Shown here piece after piece: positions 52,460-64,000 of a stretch of 64,000 nucleotides of DNA; within the stretch, counting starts at the first letter, position 1; every line of letters begins with the position of its first letter. Both the position numbers and the translations under genes were made by a program. The DNA is from Tubiluchus corallicola. Lineage: Eukaryota > Animalia > Priapulida. Under the pieces are notes generated by a model that ran no database searches, had not been told where the DNA came from, and saw only the letters and a program-made list of their open reading frames with translations. The stretch lies in assembly GCA_030141605.1 (NCBI GenBank), contig JAQGDQ010001045.1, positions 3,986 to 67,985 of the forward strand. The letters run 5' to 3'.

Positions 52460-52555
52460 GATTCTCTTGTCAAGCTGTCCGATTTTGGATTCGCCAAGAT
52501 TGACGACGGAACACTGATGACACCACAGTTCACCCCCTACTACGTTTCTCCCCAG
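52460..52555 (+). CDS. MAPKAPK5: MAPKAPK5 exon 6 (activation loop)
   Basis: DSLVKLSDFGFAKIDDGTLMTPQFTPYYVSPQ; LMTPQFTPYYV.PQ is characteristic of MK5. Confidence 0.96.
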
Positions 52556-53243
52556 GTTAATATTGTTGAAATTAATTTAGTAACCTATAATAATTAATTA
52601 TTCATAAACTAATCAATTATTCCCTGTACGAGTATTCCTGTATTTTGCAGATGTAAAGCTTCTTTGCCAGATAACTGCAGGGATGAGAATTTCTTGCGGA
52701 TACACGGAATTCCGAGTTTTTGGAAGACCAGTAGTGCCATTTTTGTAAATCGCGTAAATTCGTTGAGAAAATTTTTACGGACCCACTACATTATTTCACA
52801 AGCTGACCGCTAGGTGGCAGGCCGTCACTTTGTTTACATCACGTACATCAGTGTAACCACGTGTATATCTCTATGTATAAAAATATAGAATCAATTGTGC
52901 GGAGTTATTTGAGTCAATTGCAGACAGTTTTTATATACTTTTGCATAGGAGCAGCCAGTACTTAGGCATTTTTGAGACAATTAAGTATCATGTATCCTTG
53001 ATAGTTGGGTATTTTAAATTATGCATGAAAGAAGGTAATTGATATTTTAAGTCCACTTAGAGGCTCTCTACAGTCACAAAATTGCAATTTGTTACTGGCT
53101 CCAAGGGGGCTTTTACTCCTCAACCCTATTGGGGGCCTACGTTTTTTTGCAGTTTGTCATTCTCATCCCTATAACTGAAGAAATTTGTCCACAGATTTGA
53201 ATGTAAGGGCGCTTTCAGTCTAGCCAATTTAAGTTGTCTAGTA

Positions 53244-53572
53244 ACTCCCAAGTGTGTTCAGACAAGAGAGAAAAACCTGTTGTGAGTTACTCTCCCATAC
53301 TAAGCCGCAAGACCACGCTTATTTCTCTGTTCTCTGCAAGAAACTAGCACAGTAACTCATTGAGGCGTTCACACTAGACAGTAACTCACAAGTGTGTTCA
53401 GACAAGAGAGCAAAATCTGCTGTGAGTTACTCTTCCATACTAAGCCGCAAGACCATGCTCATTTCTCTGTTCTCCACAAGAAACTCGCACAGTAACTCAT
53501 TGAGGCATTCACACTAGACAGTAACTCACAAGTGTGTTCAGACGAGAGAGCAAAACTTGCTGTGAGTTACTC
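53244..53572. repeat. About 141-bp tandem duplication (about 2.3 copies)
   Basis: CAAGTGTGTTCAGAC..TGTGAGTTACTC recurs three times. Confidence 0.85.
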
Positions 53573-55332
53573 GGAAAATGTGTATATTTTCACATTCATG
53601 TAAAGGGCACATTTTATAACACACCACAGGCAGTTACTGAGCTCAGCTTTTATATAAGTGCTACATAACAAACAGGTGCAAGGTATTACACAACAAGCAG
53701 CTAGGTTAATAGTGTTTCTAAACACACAAAACAAACCCAAAAACCCAACCCAAACACACCAAACAAACAAAAACAAAACCTTTAGCTACATTTTAAGTTA
53801 GCAAGTTTACAAAGACTAGGTTGAACAGTAGGGCAGGGTTACAATACAGTACATGTGCAAGAAGTAATGGAATTCCGACTTTGTTGGTGCACTCAGAACT
53901 GTTTGTGCTAACACACCACAAGTAGTTTTGCTGTTGAACGTTTTCATTTAAATAAGAGAGGAAAATATGAATGTTTGAATAGAGCAAATCATGCATTATG
54001 CCGGTTGAACAACACCCTAAATAGCTTCTTTTTGTAGTGCAAATTTCATTTTTTAAATTAATAAATGATGTCACGTTTTGAATTCTGATTTTTGAACTGG
54101 AAACTCTCTTTGAAGAACATGTGATTGTAAATAATGCAATAAGCCTTTTCATAGTTCCAGCCACTGACGATGATGTGATGTCACGCGTGATGTCACGAAT
54201 ATGAGCTTTACGTTATATGATTTCAGAAACTAACACTGTAGCTCATGATCATGCTTATCACGGTACCGCCTTCTATTTGCCAGCAACGCACATGTGACAA
54301 AAAAGTGCCGTTGTCAATCTTAGTAGATTCACTGAGCCGTGCGTAGCTTTGAAAGTTTAGCAAAATTTGAGTATCCGAGGTAATTATTATTTAATCTAAG
54401 TTCTGGTTAAAAAAAGCTATTGTAGTTTTCAATATTTTAAAGCATTCTTTATTCTGAACTCGTGTTTACACAATCATCCGGTTTTCATTTAAAGGAACTG
54501 CTGGAAAATGAGCCCTTTGGGCAAAATAAACTTCAAAACCAGCTCTTACATTTGAGATAGTGCACTACGAAAAGCTTTATGCAATAAGCCTGATGCGACT
54601 GATGATGATCGTGAAAAGGTCAAAGTTCAAGTGTACCAGTCAAAGCACTTGTGTGCACTTGACAACGCCTCGCAGCACATGCTGCTGTACTAGTAACAGT
54701 TTTAACAGCTTGCTAGAACCTTACGTAGTTCATTTTTTCTGGTTTCCAAGCAAAATTCTGCTAGTAAATCGCTCTACGTACACACTAATATATAATTAAG
54801 TAATGCCCACGTAATACAACTGATGTCACTGAACTGATGCGGCAGATGGCTTTGTTTTACCCACACGTCACGTGACGGTTGTAGTTAAGGCGCGTTGCTC
54901 TGGTACACTTGACCTTTGACCTACAGCAACTGCACATGCGCGTAGAACAAAACTGTAAAAAGGCTTATTGTCATGCTGTCATGCAGTGCAGTCTGGGTAT
55001 TGGTAAAGTTGACGTTGCTATGGTGACACTTTTTGCTGCCATCTAGGGACGAGGTAAAGAAGCATTGCGTAGAACAAAACCGTAAAAAGGCTTATTCTCA
55101 TGCTGTCTCTTCTAACAATGCAGTGCAGTCTGGGTATTGGTAAAGTTGACGTTGCTATGGTGACACTTTTTGCTGCCATCTAGGGGCGAGGTAAAGAAGC
55201 ATTGCAAGCGCGTAATTGCACTACTTGCGGTCAGATGGAAAAAACGGAAAATTCCCGGGAAAGACTGTTAACGGTAAAGTTTGTAGATGTTGCACAGAGC
55301 GAAAGAGAAGTGTTTTGAGACATATAATTAAT

Positions 55333-55895
55333 AACTATGTCCAAATCACGTTGAAGACATGGGTTCTCGTCTGATCACCGGAGTTAAGCAATGTAGAGCC
55401 TGGTCAGTACTTGGATGGGTTACCGCCTAGGAATACCATAGGTGCTGTAGGCTTGCAGGATGCCCACACTGTATCTCGACACTAGGCGGAGGAGCTGTAC
55501 AAGCAGCCAACGGCTAGAGGGCGGAGGAGGTCAAGTGACCCAGCGGCCATGTGTAGAGGAGTAAACCTTCCAAATCAGGAGTGGAGCCCCGAAGGAGGAC
55601 CAGTGCAGCATGCTCACTGACTCCGGCAGCTCTTGAAGCCAACCTGGTGCCAAACGTATCGCTCCGCTTTCCTTTGGACTACACCAGGGAGGAAGAGAGG
55701 GGGTTCCTGTTGTCTGGGCAACTCAGGATCTGCATACACCTTGCCCAGGCGTGCGCCCCGGAGAGGCCACTCCAGTGGTTCAAGGATCGGATTGCTCAGC
55801 CACAGTCGACGCTGCAGCTCCATCAATGTGATCAATAACTGACTCTCTTGGCGCACACTCCATTGTCTTCCGAGACAGAAGGATGCCAACAACAA
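55333..55895 (+). mobile_element. 5S rRNA-derived SINE, copy 2
   Basis: Colinear with 12835-13374 from 5S head to (CAA)n tail, with substitutions and two short indels. Confidence 0.9.
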
Positions 55896-55992
55896 TATTA
55901 TTACTAGACAAGTTTGTCGTAATCGGTGTAATTAACTAATTAAATATTATATTATAATTATGCGGTCGTATCATTTTTTGGAAATTTTGCAG

Positions 55993-56058
55993 GTTCTTGT
56001 AGCTCAGAGCAAAGCGCAGGTGTTGAACAATCGACTCTCCCCCTACACCTACGACAAG
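55993..56058 (+). CDS. MAPKAPK5: MAPKAPK5 exon 7
   Basis: VLVAQSKAQVLNNRLSPYTYDK|gtaaat. Confidence 0.9.
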
Positions 56059-56108
56059 GTAAATGAAATTCATGGATTGTTTCGTATGATAATCTAATAG
56101 CTTTGGCA

Positions 56109-56478
56109 TCCATTATTCATTAATAGGACAAAAGGACAATAGGCGAAATCTTTGATGTACTAGTAAAAAGAATCGTCTTTTCATTCGCTGATAAACAAAT
56201 ATTTTGCAGCCCTTTCGGTGACTTTGCAAAATCCATTACCCATTAATAGGACAAAAGGACAATAGGCGAAATCTTTGATGTAATAGTAAAAAGAATCGTC
56301 TTTTTGTTCGCTGATAAACAGATATTTTGCAGCCCTTTAGGTGACTTTGCAAAATCCATTTTCCATTAATAGGACAGAAGGACAGTAGGCGAAATCTTTG
56401 ATGTAATAGTAAAGAGAATCATCTTTTTGTTCGCTGATAAACAGATATTTTGCAGCCCTTTCGGTGACTTTGCAAAAT
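56109..56478. repeat. About 122-bp tandem repeat (3 copies)
   Basis: CATTAATAGGACA..GGTGACTTTGCAAAAT occurs three times. Confidence 0.9.
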
Positions 56479-57357
56479 TCTAGCATGATTGAGCAGCAGC
56501 TAATTTCTTAGACCACCCAGGCACTGCACTGCCCACTATGTGATCTCTATATATCTTGGTTTGTTATTATTTGTAAAAGAGTTACTAAAACAAAGACAGG
56601 ATGATTTTTCACATATTACCCCATTTTCAAAAAGTATACATTTTAACACAAAACTGCAAAAGCATTTCTGATAATTAAATAATAGATTAAAATTTTAGTT
56701 AATGATGGGTGAGCTCACCTAGTGATGACATCACAAACTAACAGAATTTTCTACAGTACAAATATTCCATGAGCGTGTTGCACGTGTTTGCGAAAGTGAA
56801 AATTGAAGTACCGTGCTACTGTAAGGTATTCAGTGCGTCGTACTAAAACTAGGCAAGTTTTTAGATAAAAATTCAAATTTACTGCTGTGCTCACATATGA
56901 GCTGTCGAACATGTGTAGTTCATCACAAACTAACACATCTGAACTGAGAGGTACTGCATCTGTTTTTGTGCAATGTATTTGCAAATGGCGAGAATGCAAA
57001 ATTGTGTTTGTTTTTTCACATAAGCCATTTTTGAAAAAGTAGTATGCTTTCTTTCAATATTTTAAAGAGTAGATTGTTTTGATCTGCAGTTTAAAATTGG
57101 GTCCGGTTTTGCTTTAGTGAGACTTAGTCTTTCAAAGAAGGGTCTTATTTTCATATTCGTGATGTAACGTAACCAATTTCCTCGTTCCTTCTGCTCCTGT
57201 ATGGGAGTTGATTCCATTGTTGAGCGTACATTTGTGAAATCAACAAAGCGCGGCGGCAAACACTCCCTAAATCCTTGGTTTGGAAGCATTTTTATCGCGC
57301 TACTAGCAATTATGTTGCGTTTGTTTTTGCATTATTGATTTTTTTTCCGTACTGCAG

Positions 57358-57545
57358 AGTTGTGACATGTGGAGTCTCGGAGTAATCGTTTACATCATGC
57401 TATGCGGATACCCTCCGTTCTACTCGGAGCTGCCCAGCACGGAGATGACGCGGAGCATGAAACTCCGCATTCTAGCCGGACAGTACGAATTCCCGGACAG
57501 AGACTGGAAACGAGTGTCACCCGAAGCGAAAGACCTAGTCAGCAA
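57358..57545 (+). CDS. MAPKAPK5: MAPKAPK5 exon 8
   Basis: SCDMWSLGVIVYIMLCGYPPFYS..GQYEFPDRDWKRVSPEAKDLVS(K). Confidence 0.95.
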
Positions 57546-57556
57546 GTAGGTTTTTA

Positions 57557-57955
57557 TTGTTCTCTTTCTTCTTGTTCTTCTCTTTCTCATTCTTCTTGTT
57601 CTTCTCTTTCTTCTTGTTCTTCTCTTTTTTCTCATTCTTCTCTTTCTTCTTGTTCTTTTCTTTCTTGTTGTTCTCTCTTTCTTCTTGTTCTTCTCTTTCT
57701 TCTTGTTCTTCTCTTTTTTCTCGTTCTTCTCTTTCTTCTTGTTCTTTTTCTTTTCTTTCTTCTTGTTCTCCTCTTTCTTGTTATTCTCTTTCTTGTTTTT
57801 CTCTTTCTTTTTGTTCTTCTCTTTCTTTTTGTTTTTCTCTTTCTTCTCATTCTTCTATTTTTTCTCGTTCTTTCTTTCTTCTTGTCCTTCTTTCTCTTCT
57901 TGTTCTTCTCTTTCTTCTTGTTCTCCTCTTTCTTGTTATTCTCTTTCTTCTTGTT
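57557..57955. repeat. Pyrimidine-rich low-complexity repeat (about 18-bp TCTCTTTCTTCTTGTTCT)
   Basis: Direct inspection. Confidence 0.92.
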
Positions 57956-58640
57956 ACTCATAACTATGGTATTATTCATTTATTTCAGACTACTGCTAGT
58001 AGATCTCATGGAAAGACTAACTGTTAGTGGTGTACTAGAACATCCCTAGATTACTCATAACTATGTTGTTAATGTTTTGTTTCAGACTACTACTGGTAGA
58101 TCCCACTGAAAGACTAACTGTTAGTGGTGTACTAGAACATCCCTGGATTACTCATAACTATGTTGTTAATGTTTTGTTTCAGACTACTACTGGTAGATCC
58201 CACTGAAAGACTAACTGTTAGTGGTGTACTAGAACATCCCTGGATTACTCATAACTATGTTGTTAATGTTTTGTTTCAGACTACTACTGGTAGACTCCAC
58301 TGAAAGACTAACTGTTAGTGGTGTACTAGAACATCCCTAGATTACTCATAACTATGTTGTTAATGTTTTGTTTCAGACTACTACTGGTAGATCCCACTGA
58401 AAGACTAACTGTTAGTGGTGTACTAGAACATCCCTAGATTACTCATAACTATGTTGTTAATGTTTTGTTTCAGACTACTACTGGTAGATCCCACTGAAAG
58501 ACTAACTGTTAGTGGTGTACTAGAACATCCCTGGATTACTCATAACTATGTTGTTAATGTTTTGTTTCAGACTACTACTGGTAGACCCCACGGAAAGACT
58601 AACTGTTAGTGGTGTACTAGAACATCCGTGGATTACGCAT
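57954..58640 (+). repeat. 97-bp tandem array of splice acceptor plus first about 65 nt of MAPKAPK5 exon 9 (7 acceptors)
   Basis: TTTCAG|ACTACT at 57988, 58085, 58182, 58279, 58376, 58473, 58570. Confidence 0.96.
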
Positions 58641-58691
58641 CCTGTAAAGAGTGATCATTTGCTCCATTCTCCAGAGATTCTGCTGGACCAG
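58571..58691 (+). CDS. MAPKAPK5: MAPKAPK5 exon 9
   Basis: LLLVDPTERLTVSGVLEHPWITHPVKSDHLLHSPEILLDQ|gtaaat. Confidence 0.9.
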
Positions 58692-58838
58692 GTAAATAGT
58701 GATCAGTAATTAGACCATCTGATGTACTGTACAGGTTGAAGCAAAAAAAATGACGCACCTTCAGCAGAGTTCGAAGACGTATTTTAGTGTCAGAAAGTAA
58801 AAATTTCTGTGATGAATGAACCTACTTTACGTGATGTA

Positions 58839-59471
58839 TTAAAGGAAGACAGGATGATTTTTCACACACTACCCCATTTTCAAGTCCGATAAAAAGTATA
58901 CATTTTCACAAAATTAATACTGCAAAAGCGTTTCTGATAATTAAATCATAGATTAAAAACTTAATTAACGACGGGCGAGCCCAACAATTGATGACATCAC
59001 AAACTAACATAATTTTCAACAGTAAAAATATTCCACGAGCGTGTTGCACGTGTTTGCAAAAGCGAAAATTGAAGTGCAGTGCTACTGTAAGATATTCAGT
59101 GTGTTGTACTAAAACTAGGTAAGTTTTAAGATAAAAAGTCAAATTTCAAATTTACTGCTGTGCTCATGCACGAGCTGTCGAATGTGTGCAGTTCGTCACA
59201 AACTAACACATGTGACCCGAGAGGTACAGCACCTGTTTTTCTGTGCATAAACGTTTCCGAAATGCAGGCGCTAGTGCCCATCTAACTAGCAAATGGCAAA
59301 ATACATGTAACAGTGAAGAACTAGTAGCACGAACCTGAAATTGTGTTTGTGTGGTAATAATTCTTTCACATAAGTCATTTCTTAAAAAAATAGCATTTTT
59401 CCTTTCAATATTTTAAAGCGCCGAAGATTATTTTGACCTACAGTTTGAGATTGGGTCCGTTTTTGCCTTAA
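58839..59471. mobile_element. TTAA-flanked (Kolobok-like) MITE family A (copies about 38803-39372, 43850-44418, 51838-52408 inverted, 56590-57117)
   Basis: TTAA|AGGAAGACAGGA ... TCCGTTTTTGCC|TTAA; shared core GTGTTGCACGTGTTTG..AAATTGAAG. Confidence 0.8.
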
Positions 59472-59608
59472 ATGTCAAATTGACAATTTTTCGTTATGTT
59501 AACAAGTTTAATTACATAACTTAGCAAATATGCAATGGCTGACCTAAGCAACGTGATTACAGTTGCCGAGTATGGAGAGTAAAAATGTGTAAAATTCACC
59601 GTTTTCAG

Positions 59609-59736
59609 ACGATGATCGACAAAATGACGATGACTCACTCGGAAGAGTTAACCAACATGAGATTGCCGGAGGACCAACTACGTCTTAAACCCATGAACAG
59701 TATTGACAACAAGCTTATGAGGAAGCGTGCTCGACG
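59609..59736 (+). CDS. MAPKAPK5: MAPKAPK5 exon 10 (autoinhibitory helix, NES/NLS-docking region)
   Basis: TMIDKMTMTHSEELTNMRLPEDQLRLKPMNSIDNKLMRKRAR. Confidence 0.9.
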
Positions 59737-60204
59737 GTACGTTCACTATTATCCGTTTATCCGGCAGAACTCAACATGTATTGTGTTTACAGAAAGTTTA
59801 TGTTTGGGAATTGTCACTGGTTGGTCACAAGGTTATGAAAAATTGAATTCAAAAGTAGTTTTCATTTTCGATATAACGCTGCAAGCAATCCGTTTATCCA
59901 ATAAAACTCAACTTGTATTGTTCTTGCGTGAGTTGTGAATCGTCTTTGGTGAGGTTTAATTACACCTAATTGATATAATATTTGTTGGAGGAGAATTATT
60001 AATCTCTCCTGGTCAAATCTCTCAACTTAGAAGGTAACCGAAATAATGCGCTCTCTGTTCCAGTTCTGCCACAGCTTTTAACATAAGAATGACTTCCCAC
60101 TGATGCAGAATCGCACATTTCCACATCGCCAAATGTAAAATGTTGTTTCTGGTATAAAATGTGCATAAATTTATTAACACTTTAGCTAGTTGAAATACGC
60201 ATTT

Positions 60205-60610
60205 CCAACTGCAACGTTATGATTGCCATGGTAACTGTAATGCCACAATCAATCACCATGGCAACTGCAACGCTACTATTGCTATGGCAACCACAACTCT
60301 ACTATTGGCACGGCAACTGCAATGCTCCTATTACCATGGCAACTGCATTGTTGCGATTAAGAGGCAGTTGCAATGCAATGATTGCTGTGGCTATTACAAT
60401 GCCACTGTCGCTATGGCAACTGCAACACTACTAGCGCCCTTCCAACTGCAACTCTACTATTGTCACGGCGACTGCAGTGCTCGTATTACCATGGCAACTG
60501 CATTATTACGATTGCCGAGGCAATTGCAATGCTATGATTGTCGTGGCAATTACATCGCTACTGTCGCTATGGCAACTGCAACGCTAAGATTGCCACGGAA
60601 ATGGCAAACA
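60205..60610. repeat. Degenerate about 30-bp tandem repeat with (TTG)CYATGGCAACTGCAA core
   Basis: ATGGCAAC-type motif recurs about a dozen times. Confidence 0.8.
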
Positions 60611-60663
60611 TCCCCTTCACTATTGTTCGACTGTGCATTTTGATGGAGTGTTGTCATTTTCAG

Positions 60664-60791
60664 GCATCTGAGCACTATTCACTCTCAGTCGGTCAGCACG
60701 GAAGACCATCCGGCCAAGTACAGCTCGGACGACGTCACCTTGAAATTACTCAGGGACATTATTGACCATCTTGTATTACACGATCTCGAAG
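60664..60791 (+). CDS. MAPKAPK5: MAPKAPK5 exon 11
   Basis: HLSTIHSQ..DVTLKLLRDIIDHLVLHDLE|gtgagt, like MK5 LEKLRDVIAQCIL; phases consistent. Confidence 0.82.
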
Positions 60792-61339
60792 GTGAGTTTG
60801 TCATCGGTGGTACCTTCTCCTTTCCAGTAGATTAGTAATAGTCGTTAGATTGGTCATTATCCCCATCCACAGATACGCTATCGGTTAGGGAGGTTGTGGT
60901 GGGGCGGGGGGGGGGGTGCAGGGGTTGCCACTGAGCAGACATTGGTATATCCCCACGTATGCCTGTAGGCTATCCCCAAGGTTTCTGAGGCCAAGTCAAA
61001 CTAATGATGCGATTATTGCTCTTTGACCTTGACCTTTGACCTTTTGCCTTGAACTTAGATCCTGAAGGTGGGTAGCATCTTGTAGGCTGCTGAAGCCAAG
61101 TCACTCCCCCCCCTCGTCGCAGTCCGCAACATCTGGGCAGAACGGATGGACATGAAAATCATGACCTTGACATTGATTTTGAAGGTCGACACGTTCTGAA
61201 CGTGCTGCACTTGATCAGAAAGACGACTGAAGCCAAACATTTCACTCGGATTGCTCTGCTAGGAAAGGGTCTCTAATAGTGGATCTTGACCTCGAAGGTC
61301 GATTTGTCATGTAACGTCATCTCGTGTAGCCAAGTTTAA

Positions 61340-62165
61340 TCTAGCCTAACCTAACCTAGCTTAACCTAATTTAGTCTGACCTAACCTAAATTCATCTAAT
61401 CTAGCCTAACCTAACCTTAGGCTTAACCTAATCTAGTCTAATCTACCCTAACTTAATCTATGCTAATCTAATATAGCCTAACCCAACCTACAGCTTAACC
61501 TAATCTAGTCTAATCTACCCTAACTTAATCTATGCTAATCTAATATAGCCTAACCCAACCTACAGCTTAACCTAATCTAGTCTAATCTACCCTAACTTAA
61601 TCTATGCTAATCTAATATAGCCTAACCCAACCTACAGCTTAACCTAATCTAGTCTAATCTACCCTAACTTAATCTATGCTAATCTAATATAGCCTAACCC
61701 AACCTACAGCTTAACCTAATCTAGTCTAATCTACCCTAACTTAATCTATGCTAATCTAATATAGCCTAACCCAACCTACAGCTTAACCTAATCTAGTCTA
61801 ATCTACCCTAACTTAATCTATGCTAATCTAATATAGCCTAACCCAACCTACAGCTTAACCTAATCTAGTCTAATCTACCCTAACTTAATCTATGCTAATC
61901 TAATATAGCCTAACCCAACCTACAGCTTAACCTAATCTAGTCTAATCTACCCTAACTTAATCTATGCTAATCTAATATAGCCTAACCCAACCTACAGCTT
62001 AACCTAATCTAGTCTAATCTACCCTAACTTAATCTATGCTAATCTAATATAGCCTAACCCAACCTACAGCTTAACCTAATCTAGTCTAACATAACGTAAA
62101 CTAATCTAAGCTAATCTAATCTAATCTAATCTGTCTAATCTCATCTTATCTAACTTACTCTAAAC
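61340..62165. repeat. 72-bp higher-order satellite (about 9 identical copies) within a (CTAAY)n tract
   Basis: Unit ATCTACCCTAACTTAATCTATGCTAATCTAATATAGCCTAACCCAACCTACAGCTTAACCTAATCTAGTCTA. Confidence 0.95.
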
Positions 62166-62222
62166 TAATGTGATATAATCCAATCTGATTAAGTGTAAGC
62201 TAATCTTCTACATTCGTTGCAG

Positions 62223-62324
62223 TGAACACAGATGTGGAACTTCAGCGCATGATTGATTATGCGTGCAAACATTCGAACTACTCGGATCATCTGCGGTTGA
62301 TCTTTAACCGGTACGGCTGGAACG
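62223..62324 (+). CDS. MAPKAPK5: MAPKAPK5 exon 12 (gene continues beyond window)
   Basis: NTDVELQRMIDYACKHSNYSDHLRLIFNRYGWN G|gtgagt, like MK5 ..SFSWNG. Confidence 0.82.
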
Positions 62325-62368
62325 GTGAGTGAAATTCATTAATGAGCAATTAACATCATTAGCATAAT

Positions 62369-62808
62369 TTAACCCTTTCACTACTGAAGTTGGCACAATG
62401 CCGCCTTTGTTTTTCATGCGAGGGACGGAAGGCGGAAGACTGCTTCCCAAACTCAGCACTAAGCGCAGTCACCCAGGTATGTTTATTTCACTGAAACGGC
62501 CATGCAAGACATTGTAGAAAAGTTTAAGAGCCGTGGGATTGGGGTTGCTTCGAAACAGGTAATGCTAACCAGCCAATCAGCATCTGAAGCCAGGTGCATT
62601 CAAGAATATTGTACTGTGTGATATGTTCTCATGCAAAATCACTTGTAGATCGTTGATGAAACGTATGTTTAGTTGATTGTTCTGCATTCTTATAAAATGA
62701 TTGTATATTATTTATTAGTATTGTGTCTTTTGTGAAAACTGTTTTCTAAATATAAGTACGTGCTTATTTATGAGGGTGTGTGTGTGCGTGAGTGGAGGTA
62801 TGTGTGTG

Positions 62809-62897
<89 letters not shown>

Positions 62898-63170
62898 GTG
62901 TGCGTGTGCGTGTGTGGGTGGGTGGTTGGGTGTGTGTGTGGGTGTGGGTATGTGGGGTGTGAGTGTGTGCGGGTGCACCCGTGAGTGTGTGTGTGCATGT
63001 GTGTGTATGTGTACAAATGAAACTAATATTTAATATCAGTACTCAATAACGAACAACTATTTGTTTATTTACAAGATTTTGATTTAGTAACACACTACAA
63101 GAAGTTATTGTCAAATGTGCAAAAGTCAGTTTGGGCCTGTTAAAAAGCAACGACGTAATGCAAGGGTTAA
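62369..63170. mobile_element. piggyBac-like non-autonomous element containing a (GT)n tract (62776-63012)
   Basis: TTAA|CCCTTTCACTAC ... GTAATGCAAGGG|TTAA. Confidence 0.7.
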
Positions 63171-64000
63171 GTGGTCATAATCAAATCTTTCTCTTTCTGT
63201 ACTGCATGTCACTAAAGTCGCATTTTCTTCCTGATTTTAAATTGCCAAGTGCCAGTTTAAAATTTTAAAATGGTGGTTTTTTAATTTTAAATTTCACTTT
63301 TTTAACTAAGATCTCTCATGGTCCTGATACGATCGTATATCTACAGAGTCGAAATTTACGAAAACTGTGAACTGTATGTAAAGCGTGCTGCATGTTTGCT
63401 CTTGATGCCAGTGGCAGTGCGGTAATCCAATTATACGGTAAACTGCATCGCAGGGTGTATTGATTTCACTTTTCCATGTTCTGCATTTCGCAAAAAACTG
63501 ATTTCCTTTAGTTTTGTGAGCAACTCATTTTGTTGACGATATTATTGTTTTAGTTGTTGCAACGTCTGCCGTCTAGGTGTGAACTAGCCTTAAGGCACAC
63601 AGCATCATATTTTAAGCCCAATTTTGCTTAAATTTGCCAAAAATTGTGTAATTATGTATCTTTTTAGTTATCCTAGCGTAAATTTTCTTGCAAACTGATT
63701 TTGCGGAATACTTGACTCTCAAGAATGCAGAGCAAATCACCCAGAGCTGCTTTTCTTTGGAATCCATTATCACTGTTTAGAATTACTGTGTTCAAACCGC
63801 TATATATTAGTCATTGGTATTCGTCAACTGTTACATAAATACGAATGCGTCTCCGCTACACGCTACGCCTTTTCGACGCCTTTGCCACCCCCAATTTCAC
63901 TTTGATAAATCATCGCCTTCCCTCTTCCTGTTTCTCATTTCCCTTTCTCATTTTTTCTCTCCCTCTATTATTTCCCGGCACTTTGTCCGCTCGCCAACCC

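Noticed and set aside
54598-54625. Minimal hammerhead ribozyme (CTGATGA..GAAA..GTC; related text at 14211, and 12000-12040 minus)
   Set aside because: Stems II and III cannot pair convincingly; a covariance-model scan would be needed to revive it.
57954-58640. CRISPR-like appearance of regular arrays (also 1-1308, 29922-30775)
   Set aside because: Contiguous tandem units with no unique spacers, no cas genes, eukaryotic context.
60064-60103. Possible alternative terminal exon of MAPKAPK5 (SATAFNIRMTSH*)
   Set aside because: A plausible acceptor only; no homology support and easily arises by chance. RNA junction data would be needed.

Overview
AT-rich, repeat-dense eukaryotic (invertebrate animal-like) genomic DNA; the taxon cannot be fixed from sequence alone. 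Exons were reconstructed by hand from GT-AG sites, phase continuity and recalled protein-family similarity; no searches were run. Genes: (1) the 3' half of a VLDLR/LRP8/lipophorin-receptor-like gene (+, 1691-8157) with a candidate 9-nt microexon and two alternative C-termini; (2) an STK38/NDR kinase with an intronless CDS (-); (3) an orphan trypsin-fold protease exon (-); (4) BAZ1B/WSTF in only two coding exons, with a degenerate bromodomain (-); (5) a divergently transcribed MAPKAPK5 with at least 12 exons (+, runs off the window); (6) a lone WDR36/UTP21-like exon, antisense inside MAPKAPK5 intron 1. Mobile DNA includes two copies of a 5S-rRNA-headed SINE, a tRNA SINE, head-to-tail Helitrons, hAT/Kolobok/Tc1-mariner/piggyBac-type MITEs and a probable solo LTR. 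The most striking pattern is a series of tandem arrays seeded at functional junctions. Two MAPKAPK5 exons are each preceded by arrays of duplicated splice acceptor plus exon start (16 and 7 acceptors). One receptor exon is preceded by about 28 branch-point-like repeats, and two arrays are amplified transposon termini.
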